DNA of 32,559 bases, from positions 1 to 32,559 of IMG/VR virus record IMGVR_UViG_2675903654_000020; one strand, written 5' to 3'. Each line of letters begins with the position of its first letter. The first letter of the stretch is position 1. A program made the position numbers and the translations under genes. The stretch comes from a virus. Its lineage: Duplodnaviria; Heunggongvirae; Uroviricota; Caudoviricetes. Positions 7,208 to 16,904 of this stretch are shown here, piece after piece. The notes below the pieces were generated by a model. It was given only the letters and a program-made list of their open reading frames with translations, was not told the origin of the DNA and did not search any database.

Positions 7208-7567
7208 ATGTGCGAGGTGAGAGATGATGAAATGCCTCATAACCCAAATACCTGGCCGGACTGGCTGGAGTTGTTTCAGAGCTGGTGGCGTGGAGACACA
7301 CCGCTGGGTGCAGTGATTATGTCGATCGTTATGGCTGGTTTGCGCATCGCCTATTTTGGCGGTGGTGGGGGCTGGAAACGAAAAACGCTTGAGATTTTGC
7401 TCTGTGGTGCCCTGACGCTGACCTTTGCATCCGCGCTTGAGTATGTCGGATGGCCTAAATCACTTTCTGTTGCCATTGGTGGTGGGGTGGGGCTGATTGG
7501 TGTTGATGCTATTCGTGGTGCGGCAATGAGGGTCATCGGTAACAAGTTCGGTGCCCATAAGGAGTAA
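7208..7567 (+). CDS. phage holin, class I-like (3 predicted TM helices), possible dual start
   Basis: Three hydrophobic segments and a charged C-terminus; in-frame ATGs at 7208 and 7232 (the latter with GAGGTGA RBS); directly upstream of the endolysin. Confidence 0.7.
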   Translation: MCEVRDDEMPHNPNTWPDWLELFQSWWRGDTPLGAVIMSIVMAGLRIAYFGGGGGWKRKTLEILLCGALTLTFASALEYVGWPKSLSVAIGGGVGLIGVDAIRGAAMRVIGNKFGAHKE

Positions 7568-7570
7568 TTA

Positions 7571-8047
7571 ATGCAGACACTTAATTCCCAGCGTAAAGCT
7601 TTCCTTGATATGGTGGCATGGTCAGAAGGAACGGATAACGGGCGACAACCGACACGTAACCACGGTTATGATGTTATTGTTGGTGGCGAACTGTTCACTG
7701 ATTACTCCGATCACCCTCGCAAACTTGTCACGCTAAATCCGAAACTCAAATCAACAGCCGCCGGACGTTACCAGCTTCTTTCACGCTGGTGGGATGCCTA
7801 CCGCAAGCAACTTGGTCTGAAAGATTTTTCTCCAGAAAGCCAGGATGCTGTAGCGCTGCAGCAGATTAAAGAGCGTGGCGCTTTACCGATGATTGACCGC
7901 GGCGATATTCGTCAGGCAATCGACCGTTGCAGCAATATCTGGGCGTCGTTACCTGGTGCAGGTTACGGTCAGTATGAACATAGAATCGGTGACCTGATTT
8001 CCCGATTTAAAGAAGCTGGTGGGGTGGTAAATGAAGCTGAGATATAA
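7571..8047 (+). CDS. R: endolysin, lambda R-type lytic transglycosylase
   Basis: Near-identical over most of its length to phage lambda R as I recall it (QRKAFLDM..WSEGTDNGRQ..TRNHGYDVIVGGELFTDYSDHPRKLVTLNPKLKST..). Confidence 0.9.
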   Translation: MQTLNSQRKAFLDMVAWSEGTDNGRQPTRNHGYDVIVGGELFTDYSDHPRKLVTLNPKLKSTAAGRYQLLSRWWDAYRKQLGLKDFSPESQDAVALQQIKERGALPMIDRGDIRQAIDRCSNIWASLPGAGYGQYEHRIGDLISRFKEAGGVVNEAEI

Positions 8048-8423
8048 GCTGGTTATTGTTGCCTTCTTTGTTACCGTCATCGGTTCTTTTATCTGGTCTG
8101 CCGGGCATTACTACAGCAAATATCAGCACGAAAAGGAGCGTGCTGATGAGGCTGTACGAAATGCTGAATCTGCAACAGCCATTACCAGTAACGTCCTGCA
8201 ATCTCTGCAAATCATCAATACAGTTATAGAGGCTAACCAGCATGCAAAACAGCAGATCGCACTGGAGTCACAGAGAACCCAGGAAGATATCAAAGTGGCT
8301 GTTGCGGGTGATGATTGCGCTGTTCGTATCGTTCCTTCTGGCGCAGTTAAGCGGTTGCACGAATACGCGAACGGTATACGTGTCGGTGCCGGTCGTTCCG
8401 TTACCAGCCAGTCTGACGGATGA
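8031..8423 (+). CDS. Rz: i-spanin (Rz-like)
   Basis: N-terminal TM helix, coiled-coil-like middle; ATG overlaps the end of R by 17 bp. Confidence 0.7.
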   Translation: MKLRYKLVIVAFFVTVIGSFIWSAGHYYSKYQHEKERADEAVRNAESATAITSNVLQSLQIINTVIEANQHAKQQIALESQRTQEDIKVAVAGDDCAVRIVPSGAVKRLHEYANGIRVGAGRSVTSQSDG

Positions 8424-8586
8424 AACACCCCAGCCAGATTTACCCGACCCGTTTACGTGGGGAGCCAGCCTTAACCTGAATGTTGCGTTGCTGTCAGCGT
8501 TAGCACAGTGCAACAGGGATAAGGCCGATATCAGGACTTTTGAGAAAAACAGGGCAGCACAAACTAATGGCACGATTAAACGTTGA
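8311..8586 (+). CDS. Rz1: o-spanin lipoprotein (Rz1-like), +1 frame overlapping Rz
   Basis: Signal peptide with lipobox LSGC, proline-rich mature part; starts inside Rz in another frame and extends past the Rz stop. Confidence 0.65.
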   Translation: MIALFVSFLLAQLSGCTNTRTVYVSVPVVPLPASLTDETPQPDLPDPFTWGASLNLNVALLSALAQCNRDKADIRTFEKNRAAQTNGTIKR

Positions 8587-8752
8587 AGTTATCCCACCAG
8601 ACAGCGAAACGATGAACGGGATTTTTGCAGAGATTGAACGTAAATATGCGCATCAGCCGATGACGCCAAAAGTTATCGATGAAATGCAACGCGAAGCGGC
8701 GCGCCTTGTACGGCGAGCGACAAACACGAAGGTTACGTTCGTTCGGGACTGA
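8567..8752 (+). CDS. hypothetical small protein (61 aa)
   Basis: ORF with ATG 8567; weak RBS; start uncertain. Confidence 0.3.
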   Translation: MARLNVEVIPPDSETMNGIFAEIERKYAHQPMTPKVIDEMQREAARLVRRATNTKVTFVRD

Positions 8753-8809
8753 CATTACAGAAGCTCCTTTGATAAGGGGCTTCGATAATGTCACTAAGAG
8801 GAAAAATTC

Positions 8810-9559
8810 ATGGCAAAACCGGACTGGGAGGCCATCGAATCGGCATACCGGGCCGGAGTCCTTAGCCTCCGTGATATAGGCGAGAAATACGGCGTAACAG
8901 AAGGGGCTATCAGGAAGAGGGCTAAAAAGCTTGGTTGGGTACGCAGTGGCGGTACGCAGGTTTGCAAAAATGGTACGCAAAAAAGAAAAGTGCGTACCAG
9001 CAGAAAGCCTGCCATTACTGGCCTTACACAAAAAGGTACGCAACCAAAAACAGAAGCTACACCGGATACGAAACCGATACGCGGAATGCGTACCGATCCC
9101 CCGACTAACCCATTCCAACCCGGTAACCAGCAGGCATTAAAACACGGTGGTTATGCCCGTCGCCTTCTGCTCAAAGATGAGGTGATAGAGGACGCTAAAG
9201 CGTTGACGCTCGAGGACGAATTATTTCGCCTTCGTGCTAACAACCTTGTCGCTGCAGAGAATATTGGTCGGTGGCTGGTGTCGCTGGAAGATGCTAATGG
9301 GGACCAGGAAAGGAAGATGCTGATGGAAAATATCAGCGCCGCCGAGAAAGCAATGATGCGCAATACAGTTCGTATTGAGTCCATCGTTGGCACGCTTGCG
9401 ACGGTAGGAAAAATATTTGCTGATACAGCCTACCGCAAGGCCGCCACTGATAAGGTGTCTCTGGAGGCTGATCGTCTTCGCCGTGATGCAGGTATTGATG
9501 ATGGCAATGGAGAGCGTGACCTCAATGACTTCTACTCTGACATCCAAACCGACGCTTAA
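8810..9559 (+). CDS. terminase small subunit
   Basis: N-terminal HTH-like region, immediately upstream of and overlapping the large terminase; AAGAGGA RBS. Confidence 0.7.
   Translation: MAKPDWEAIESAYRAGVLSLRDIGEKYGVTEGAIRKRAKKLGWVRSGGTQVCKNGTQKRKVRTSRKPAITGLTQKGTQPKTEATPDTKPIRGMRTDPPTNPFQPGNQQALKHGGYARRLLLKDEVIEDAKALTLEDELFRLRANNLVAAENIGRWLVSLEDANGDQERKMLMENISAAEKAMMRNTVRIESIVGTLATVGKIFADTAYRKAATDKVSLEADRLRRDAGIDDGNGERDLNDFYSDIQTDA
8938..9094. repeat. cluster of octamer repeats GGTACGCA (4 direct, 2 inverted) inside the small terminase gene; candidate pac-type recognition site
   Basis: GGTACGCA at 8938, 8951, 8972, 9035; TGCGTACC at 8991 and 9087. Confidence 0.4.
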
Positions 9560-10928
9560 TCCGGCTTTACGTAGTTTCTGGACTACGCGGGCACGTAACA
9601 AAGTGCTTTATGGTGGCCGGTCATCGTCAAAATCATGGGATGCCGCTGGCATTGCCATATTTCTGTCGAATAAATACACCCTGCGTTTTTGTTGTGCCCG
9701 TCAGATCCAGAACAAAATCGAAGAGTCGGTGTATACCCTGCTCAAAATTCAGATAGACAGGTTTGGCCTGCGGCACCGTTTCCGTATTCTGAACAACAAA
9801 ATCATTAACCGGGTTACTGGCTCGGAATTTGTTTTTTATGGATTATGGCGCAACATCGAAGAAATTAAGTCACTGGAGGGGATCGATGTGTTGTGGCTGG
9901 AAGAAGCCCACGCACTGACGGAATACCAGTGGAAAATTCTGGAGCCAACGATCCGTAAAGAGGGGTCGGAATGCTGGTTCATATTCAACCCCGGACTTGT
10001 TACTGATTTCGTCTGGCGCAACTTCGTTGTTGATCCGCCCGAAGGCACTCTCATCCGCAAAATTAACTATGACGAAAATCCGTTTCTGTCTGACACCATG
10101 CTTAAGGTTATCGACGCGGCGCGACGCCGTGATCCGGATGGTTTTAAACATGTGTATGAGGGCGTTCCGGAGTCTGATGATGATGCGGCAATCATCAAAC
10201 TGTCCTGGATAGAAGCCGCAGTGGATGCGCACAAAACGTTAAATTTCGAACCCAGTGGAAGAAAGCGTATTGGCTTTGACGTGGCTGACAGTGGTACAGA
10301 TAAGTGCGCTAACGTTTACCGTCACGGATCCGTTGTTTTCTGGGCCGACGAATGGAAGGCCAAAGAAGATGAATTACTGAAGAGCTGCCAGCGTACTTAT
10401 CAGGCGGCGCTGGAGCGTGAAGCAGATATTGTTTACGACTCTATCGGTGTTGGTGCGTCTGCCGGTGCTAAATTCTCTGAAATTAACGCTGACCGGAAGA
10501 GCGAGAATGCATACGCGAGACGAGTGAATTACCAGAGGTTTAACGCCGGTGCTGGTGTGCATGAGCCAGATGACGAATACAACGGCATCCCCAACAAAGA
10601 CTTTTTCGCAAATCTTAAGGCTCAGGCATGGTGGCTGGTGGCTGACCGTTTCAGAAATACGTTTAACGCCATTAACAACGGAGAACAGTATCCTGTGGAT
10701 GAGCTGATCAGCATAGATTCTAGTTGTCCGTTGCTTGAAAAGCTGAAACTGGAACTGACAACACCTCATCGCGATTTTGACCGTAACGGACGTGTGATGG
10801 TCGAAAGTAAAAAAGACCTCGCAAAACGCGAGATACCGTCACCAAACGTTGCTGACGCATTCATTATGGCCTTCGCGCCAATTGATACATCGCTGGATAT
10901 CTGGGAACAGCTGGGGAGACAGGCCTGA
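9501..10928 (+). CDS. terminase large subunit
   Basis: 476-503 aa ORF after terS with ATPase then nuclease-like organisation; start uncertain (in-frame ATGs at 9501, 9507, 9525; the track start at 9417 is upstream). Confidence 0.8.
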   Translation: MAMESVTSMTSTLTSKPTLNPALRSFWTTRARNKVLYGGRSSSKSWDAAGIAIFLSNKYTLRFCCARQIQNKIEESVYTLLKIQIDRFGLRHRFRILNNKIINRVTGSEFVFYGLWRNIEEIKSLEGIDVLWLEEAHALTEYQWKILEPTIRKEGSECWFIFNPGLVTDFVWRNFVVDPPEGTLIRKINYDENPFLSDTMLKVIDAARRRDPDGFKHVYEGVPESDDDAAIIKLSWIEAAVDAHKTLNFEPSGRKRIGFDVADSGTDKCANVYRHGSVVFWADEWKAKEDELLKSCQRTYQAALEREADIVYDSIGVGASAGAKFSEINADRKSENAYARRVNYQRFNAGAGVHEPDDEYNGIPNKDFFANLKAQAWWLVADRFRNTFNAINNGEQYPVDELISIDSSCPLLEKLKLELTTPHRDFDRNGRVMVESKKDLAKREIPSPNVADAFIMAFAPIDTSLDIWEQLGRQA

Positions 10929-12394
10929 TGGCACGAAACAAACAAGCCCTGCGGCGAACTGCGCAGGCCACAGCTGATGGTTATGAGAATTTTATTGCCC
11001 GCGTAGGGATGCAGACACCTAACCAGCACTCAGCATCCACCTACCGGGCTAATTTCACCAGTCGTAACCGCATGCTGGTGGAATGGTCCTATCGTTCGTC
11101 CTGGATCATCGGCGAAGCGGTCGATGCTATCCCAGATGATATGACCCGCAAAGGCATTCGCATCACTTCGGAAATTGATGCAAAAGATCGCGGCATTCTC
11201 GAATCACAACTGGATGAGTTGCAAATCTGGGATGCACTGAACGACGTGCTGAAATGGTCGCGCCTCTATGGCGGCGCGGTGGGTTTCATCATGATTGAGG
11301 GGCAGGCACCAATGACCCCTCTGCGACCCGAAACCATCGGTAAAGGCAAGTTTAAGGGCATTCTCCCGCTCGACCGCTGGATGATTGACCCGGTACTGAC
11401 CCGCCGCATTAAAGATATGGGGCCGGACCTGGGTAAACCTGAGTTTTATGATGTGGTGACCACAGCAACGGGAATTCCTGCCTGGCGCATTCATCACAGT
11501 CGCCTGATTCGCTTTGATGGCGTCACGCTGCCATTTCAGCAGAAGATGACCGAGAACGAATGGGGAATGTCGGTTGTAGAGCGTATCTGGGATCGTCTTA
11601 CCGCGTTCGACAGCGCTACTGTCGGTGCGGCGCAGCTGGTCTACAAGGCGCATTTGCGTACCTACAGCGTGGAGAAGCTACGCGAGCTTATCGCACTTGG
11701 TGGTCCTGCGTATGAAGCGTTGCTGAAGAATATTGACCTGATTCGACAGTTCCAGAGCAATGAAGGCATGACTCTCATGGACTCGCGGGATAAGTTTGAA
11801 ACCCATCAGTACAGCTTCAGTGGTCTGGATGACATCCTTTCACAGTTTGCAGAACAGATTAGTGGCGCTGTTGGTATCCCACTGGTGCGGTTGTTCGGAC
11901 AGTCCCCGAAGGGATTTTCTACCGGCGATGCAGACCTTGCCAACTATTACGACCGGGTAAGTTCGTTGCAGGAGAGGCGTTTACGTCTTCCGGTGCGGCG
12001 GATACTGGACATCATGCATCGTTCGGAACTTGGCAAGCCGCTCCCGGATGATTTTACATTTGAGTTTAACCCGCTCTGGCAAATGTCTGATGTCGATCGT
12101 TCAACGGTGGCATTAAATACCACCAACGCAATCAGTACAGCGCTGGGTGATGGTCTGATGACACTGAAAGCTGCTATGACCGATTTGCGCGAAAATTCTG
12201 ACGTAACCGGCATCGGGGCATCCATTACCGATGAGGACATAGAGAATGCCGAAGACGAAGCGCCGCCCGGCATCGGCGAACCTGATGACGAACCGCAGGA
12301 ACCGTCAGGCGGAAATCCGCTATCGAACCAGCCTACGCAGGATAGCGCGGGCGGTCGGGGACATCGTAAATGGTCGCTACGATGGTTCAAATGA
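10928..12394 (+). CDS. portal protein
   Basis: 488 aa ORF directly after terL (TGATG overlap), acidic C-terminus, followed by head morphogenesis gene. Confidence 0.7.
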   Translation: MARNKQALRRTAQATADGYENFIARVGMQTPNQHSASTYRANFTSRNRMLVEWSYRSSWIIGEAVDAIPDDMTRKGIRITSEIDAKDRGILESQLDELQIWDALNDVLKWSRLYGGAVGFIMIEGQAPMTPLRPETIGKGKFKGILPLDRWMIDPVLTRRIKDMGPDLGKPEFYDVVTTATGIPAWRIHHSRLIRFDGVTLPFQQKMTENEWGMSVVERIWDRLTAFDSATVGAAQLVYKAHLRTYSVEKLRELIALGGPAYEALLKNIDLIRQFQSNEGMTLMDSRDKFETHQYSFSGLDDILSQFAEQISGAVGIPLVRLFGQSPKGFSTGDADLANYYDRVSSLQERRLRLPVRRILDIMHRSELGKPLPDDFTFEFNPLWQMSDVDRSTVALNTTNAISTALGDGLMTLKAAMTDLRENSDVTGIGASITDEDIENAEDEAPPGIGEPDDEPQEPSGGNPLSNQPTQDSAGGRGHRKWSLRWFK

Positions 12395-13019
12395 CAGTAT
12401 CACGGAAATTATTGAGGCGCTGGAACGCTACAGTGAAATCATCACCCCCTGGGCGACAAAGGTCGCGGAAAACTTTACCGCCGATATTGTGCGCAAGAAT
12501 GATGAGCAGTGGCGTAAACACAGCAAAACCATCAGCCGTGAGCTACGCAATCTGGTAAACAGTGCCCCGCCAGGGCAGGTGATGAAATCCATCGTTGCTG
12601 AACAGGTTAAGTACATTAAATCGCTACCCCTCGAGGCGGCTGACAGGGTGTACGACATCCAGAATCGGGCGATTGAAGCTGTTGTGACCGGTGGGAGAGC
12701 GGAACATTTTGCTAAAGAAATAGCCGCATCGGGTGATATAGCAAAGTCCAGAGCTGACCTGATTGCCCGTACTGAACTTGGACGTGCAACCGGCGCGCTG
12801 GATCAGGCGCGTGCGCTGTCAATTGGTTCGAATGGTTATATCTGGCGTACAGCCGAAGATGGTGACGTCAGGCATTCTCATCGGGAAATGGAAGGTAAAT
12901 TTGTCGAATGGGGCAAACCTCCAACGCTTGACGGCATGACCGGTCACGCTGGCGAGCTCCCGAATTGTCGTTGTTATAAAGAAATCGTTTTTCCCTCCTC
13001 CCATTCTTATCCCGCCTGA
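12246..13019 (+). CDS. head morphogenesis protein, Mu F-like / SPP1 gp7 family (minor capsid)
   Basis: Basic N-terminus and conserved mid-region typical of Mu F-like proteins; overlaps portal 3' end by about 150 bp (alternative ATG at 12285). Confidence 0.6.
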   Translation: MPKTKRRPASANLMTNRRNRQAEIRYRTSLRRIARAVGDIVNGRYDGSNDSITEIIEALERYSEIITPWATKVAENFTADIVRKNDEQWRKHSKTISRELRNLVNSAPPGQVMKSIVAEQVKYIKSLPLEAADRVYDIQNRAIEAVVTGGRAEHFAKEIAASGDIAKSRADLIARTELGRATGALDQARALSIGSNGYIWRTAEDGDVRHSHREMEGKFVEWGKPPTLDGMTGHAGELPNCRCYKEIVFPSSHSYPA

Positions 13020-13033
13020 ATCGCAGGTAACCC

Positions 13034-14254
13034 ATGAAATATTTTTTCAATACCCGGCTGGGGGAAACCCGCTATCAGCTGGCTGACGGCTCGTTGCTGT
13101 GCAAAGACGTGCCGATAGGACGAACAGGTAAGCAGCTCTATGGTGCTGATGACCTGCCAAAACTGAAACCCGATAAGTTCGGTGAAATAGTCGTCACGCG
13201 TTCTCCCGAACAGGTATTTCATCCGGCCACGCTTGCCTCATTCGAAGGGATGAGCATCACGGTGCTGCATCCCGAGGATGAAAACGGGGATGTGCGGCTG
13301 GTAAATCCCGAGAACTGGAAAGAGCTTGCTGTCGGGCACCTCCAGAATGTCCGGCGCGGGACGGGTGAGCAGTCTGATTTGATGCTGGCTGACCTTATCG
13401 TCAAAGACGAAAACGCCATTCAGCTGATCGAAGATGGCCTGCGCGAAGTGTCGTGCGGCTATGACGCGGAGTATGAGCAGACCGAGCCAGGTAAAGCCGA
13501 GCAGGTCGATATTACCGGAAACCATGTGGCTCTTGTCCCTAAAGGCAGAGCCGGAAATCGTTGTGCAATTGGAGACAGAGACACAATGGCAAATCAAAAG
13601 AAAAGCTGGTGGACCCGCATGCGCACGGCCATCAAAACGGGTGACGCTGACACCATGAACGAACTGGTGGAGTCGGCTCCCGTATCGGTTACAGGAGATG
13701 AGGGGGATTTGCCGCAGGGCGTTAATCTCAACATCAACCTGTCCCCGCAGCAACCGCTACCGGACAAAGCACCAGAGATGGGCGGAGGTCCAACCGGCGA
13801 CAGTGATGATGACCTCAAAACATTACTGAAAGCCCTGCTGGCTAAGCTGGAAGGAAATGCGACGGGCGATAACGACAATAAGCCTGACGATAATCCGACC
13901 GGTGACGGCGAGGACGATGAAGAGGAAACCACGATTACTGGTGACTCAGCCTGGCGTGCCGAAGTTATCGTTCCGGGTATCGATCTGAGCCGTAAGATGA
14001 AACCGACCGCGTTCAAACGCGAGGTTCTGGCTTCTGCTGACAAAACGCTGGTTCGCCAGATAGTCGGTGATGCGGATATCCGCAAATTACCGAAACAATC
14101 GGTCGACATGGCGTTTAATGCCGTGTCTGAGATTGCCAAAGGGCGAAACACCAGCGCCACCACCGGCGATGCACAGCGCCCAAACATGGGCATGACCAGT
14201 ATCGCTTCCCTGAACAAACAAAACGCTGAATTCTGGGCAAACCGTAAAGGGTAA
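13034..14254 (+). CDS. putative prohead protease/scaffolding protein with acidic low-complexity linker
   Basis: Position between head morphogenesis and capsid genes; D/E-rich linker; function inferred from gene order. Confidence 0.45.
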   Translation: MKYFFNTRLGETRYQLADGSLLCKDVPIGRTGKQLYGADDLPKLKPDKFGEIVVTRSPEQVFHPATLASFEGMSITVLHPEDENGDVRLVNPENWKELAVGHLQNVRRGTGEQSDLMLADLIVKDENAIQLIEDGLREVSCGYDAEYEQTEPGKAEQVDITGNHVALVPKGRAGNRCAIGDRDTMANQKKSWWTRMRTAIKTGDADTMNELVESAPVSVTGDEGDLPQGVNLNINLSPQQPLPDKAPEMGGGPTGDSDDDLKTLLKALLAKLEGNATGDNDNKPDDNPTGDGEDDEEETTITGDSAWRAEVIVPGIDLSRKMKPTAFKREVLASADKTLVRQIVGDADIRKLPKQSVDMAFNAVSEIAKGRNTSATTGDAQRPNMGMTSIASLNKQNAEFWANRKG

Positions 14255-14257
14255 AAA

Positions 14258-14764
14258 ATGAATAATGTATTTCTGTACCGGATGCCTGTTGGCATTGCCG
14301 GGGCTGTCTCTCGCCCGCAGGACTTAACCGTCGAACCGGTGGTCCTTAAATCCGATAACGCCTTCGCTGCCTATGGGCTGGCTGGTAAATACGATGATGA
14401 CGGTTTTTTCGTGCCGCTGGCAGATGGTGATACCGCAGACAAGGTGAAGGGGATCTACGTGCGCCCTTATCCGACCACTTCGCAGCCGGACATGGTTCGC
14501 CAGGTGGGGAGTGGCAAGAACTTCCCGGGCGACGCCATGAAGCGTGGCTACGTGACCGTTAATCTCGGTTCTGATTTTGATGCCAGCACCATCAAAAAAG
14601 GCGACCCGGTATACGTTGTCGTCTCCACTGATGAATCCATCAAAGTGCCGCTGGGTGGATTCATGGCCACGTCAGTCAGTGGCAAAAACGTGGTGCTGAC
14701 CAACGCTGAATTCACAGGTGCCGGTGATGCTGACGGCAATGCAGAAATTTCCTGGAAGATTTAA
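14258..14764 (+). CDS. head structural protein (possible decoration protein)
   Basis: 168 aa ORF immediately upstream of the major capsid gene; AAGGG RBS. Confidence 0.45.
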   Translation: MNNVFLYRMPVGIAGAVSRPQDLTVEPVVLKSDNAFAAYGLAGKYDDDGFFVPLADGDTADKVKGIYVRPYPTTSQPDMVRQVGSGKNFPGDAMKRGYVTVNLGSDFDASTIKKGDPVYVVVSTDESIKVPLGGFMATSVSGKNVVLTNAEFTGAGDADGNAEISWKI

Positions 14765-14775
14765 GGAACAGACGA

Positions 14776-15717
14776 ATGATTACTTTTGATCAGGCAACCG
14801 TTGACAACTCTGGTGCCTTTCTCATCGGGGAGCTGGAGCGACTCGACCAGACGCTGAACCTGCCACTGGTGGGGTACACCTGGACCCGCGATATTCAGTT
14901 GCGTGAAGATGTCTCTATCGCAGATGACATTTCCAGCTGGACGAATACCAGCTTCGCCGCTGCGGGTACTGGTGCAAATCCGAATGGCAAAAACTGGGTA
15001 GGCAAAGACTCAACCGCTATTGCTGGCGTGAACGTGGATATCGGCAAATCCGGTAACCCGCTGAACCTTTGGGGGATGGAACTTGGCTGGACGGTCATAG
15101 AATTGCAGGCTGCTCAGCAGATCGGACGCCCGATTGATACGCAGAAGTATGACGGGATGCAACTGAAATGGCAGATGGATAACGATGAACAGGTATATGT
15201 TGGCGATTCCGCATTAAACCTGAAAGGTCTTGTTACCCTGGACGGCGTGCCTGTCAACAACGCTGCCAAAACGTGGGCAACCTCAACACCGGACGAAATC
15301 CGCGCAAGCATTAACCAGGTGCTGTCTGATGCGTGGGCCGCTTCCGGTTACTCTGTGGTTCCGCGTGATTTGCTGATCCCGCCTGAGCAGTTTGCTCTGT
15401 TGTCCAGCATCATCGTTTCATCTGCGGGTAACCAGTCCCTGTTGACGTACCTTCAGACCAACACCATCAGCTATCACCAGAACGGTATTCCGCTGAATAT
15501 CCGCGCGGTTAAATGGCTGAAAGGCCGTGGTGTGGGGAATAAGGATCGCATGGTTGCGTACACCAACGATAAAAAATACGTCCGCTACCCGCTGGTTCCG
15601 CTTCAGAGCGTGCCGGTGCAGTATCGCGGTCTGTATCAGATCGTCACTTACTACGGCAAGCTGGGTGCAGTCGAGCCAGTGTACAAAGAAACCATTTCGT
15701 ACGTTGATGGCATTTAA
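14776..15717 (+). CDS. major capsid protein (putative)
   Basis: 313 aa ORF with strong AAGGA RBS in the head module; hairpin immediately downstream. Confidence 0.55.
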   Translation: MITFDQATVDNSGAFLIGELERLDQTLNLPLVGYTWTRDIQLREDVSIADDISSWTNTSFAAAGTGANPNGKNWVGKDSTAIAGVNVDIGKSGNPLNLWGMELGWTVIELQAAQQIGRPIDTQKYDGMQLKWQMDNDEQVYVGDSALNLKGLVTLDGVPVNNAAKTWATSTPDEIRASINQVLSDAWAASGYSVVPRDLLIPPEQFALLSSIIVSSAGNQSLLTYLQTNTISYHQNGIPLNIRAVKWLKGRGVGNKDRMVAYTNDKKYVRYPLVPLQSVPVQYRGLYQIVTYYGKLGAVEPVYKETISYVDGI

Positions 15718-15758
15718 CAGCCACATGGCCCCCTGGCGGGGCCATTAAGGATGACCCG

Positions 15759-15980
15759 ATGGCAAAAAATAATGCAGTAATACACGTACATACCCCGTTT
15801 GTGCTCACGCTTCCCGACGGTTCACGGCGCGAGTTTGTTAAAGGCCGTCATGCTGTGGAGGAAGACGTTGCCACGCACTGGTTCACTCGTGCGCACGCGG
15901 AAGTATCCGTTGGCAAAGCCACAGACGCGCGTAACGAGGTAAAAAATGCCAAAGAATCAAAGTCTGCCAGCGGTAAGTGA
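15759..15980 (+). CDS. hypothetical small head/neck protein
   Basis: ATG with AAGGA RBS; overlaps next gene by 35 bp. Confidence 0.35.
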   Translation: MAKNNAVIHVHTPFVLTLPDGSRREFVKGRHAVEEDVATHWFTRAHAEVSVGKATDARNEVKNAKESKSASGK

Positions 15981-16353
15981 TTTTCGCCGCGACTTCCCGC
16001 AGTTTGCTGACCCTGCCAAATATCCCGAAGCGCAAATCCAGTTTCGTCTGAATCTGGCCGATGAACTGCTGAGCGAAAACGTCACCGGCAAAAAGTTGTT
16101 TCCGTACTTTGCCGGGTTGTTCGTTGCGCACTACATGACACTCTGGGCGGCAGACAGCCGGGCGATGCTGGCTGGTGGTTCGGGCGGTTCAACCAATGGT
16201 GTTCAGTCCTCAAAGTCCGTGGATAAGGTAAGCGTCAGTTATGACACCAGCGCGACGCTGAATCCTGATGCAGGTTTCTGGAATAACACCCGATATGGCG
16301 CTGAATTTTATCAGTTGATCACGATGTTCGGTGCAGGCGGTCGCCAGCTATGA
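15946..16353 (+). CDS. head-tail connector/completion protein (putative)
   Basis: ATG with GAGGT RBS; gene order. Confidence 0.45.
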   Translation: MPKNQSLPAVSDFRRDFPQFADPAKYPEAQIQFRLNLADELLSENVTGKKLFPYFAGLFVAHYMTLWAADSRAMLAGGSGGSTNGVQSSKSVDKVSVSYDTSATLNPDAGFWNNTRYGAEFYQLITMFGAGGRQL

Positions 16354-16904
16354 ATTTCAAAAGCGGTGTAACAACGAGGGTGGATAACGCTAAGGCCATT
16401 CTGGATGCGCTCAGGTCGTTAACCAAAAAAGATGTGCTGGTCGGCATCCCTTCGGAAGACAGCGAGCGGGATGATGTTCCGTTTGGTAATGCGGGCATCG
16501 GTTACCTCAACGAATACGGCTCACCAGAGCAGAACATCCCGCCACGACCTCACCTGGCCCCCGGCGTTAAATCGGCAGAAGAGCAGACGGTGCCGCAGCT
16601 CAAAGCCGCGGCGCAGGCTGCGCTTGATGGTAATGCGTCGGGTGCGGAAAGAGCGCTCAACCGTGCCGGAACGCTGGCCGTTAATGGTGTCAGGCGTTAC
16701 ATGACCATTACCGGCTTTACGCCGCTTGCTGACAGTACTGTTGAAGCCCGGGCTCGTCGGGGGCGCAAGGGGGCAACACTGGAACTTGCCCGGCGTGCTG
16801 CTGGCGAATCTCCCGGAACCGATCTGGCGAAACCATTAATTGACACCGGGCAATATCGCAGAGCTATTACCCATGTAGTGAGGGATAAAGATGCCGACTC
16901 TTGA
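16350..16904 (+). CDS. head-tail joining protein (putative)
   Basis: ATGA overlap with previous gene; gene order. Confidence 0.45.
   Translation: MNFKSGVTTRVDNAKAILDALRSLTKKDVLVGIPSEDSERDDVPFGNAGIGYLNEYGSPEQNIPPRPHLAPGVKSAEEQTVPQLKAAAQAALDGNASGAERALNRAGTLAVNGVRRYMTITGFTPLADSTVEARARRGRKGATLELARRAAGESPGTDLAKPLIDTGQYRRAITHVVRDKDADS

Noticed and set aside
13594-14295. 233-aa minus-strand ORF, Ser/Pro-rich, antisense to the scaffold/protease gene
   Set aside because: Shadow ORF typical of GC-rich coding sequence on the opposite strand; low-complexity translation and no start signals. The same applies to the antisense ORFs at 9870-10232, 11204-11653, 11947-12390 and 26286-26723.
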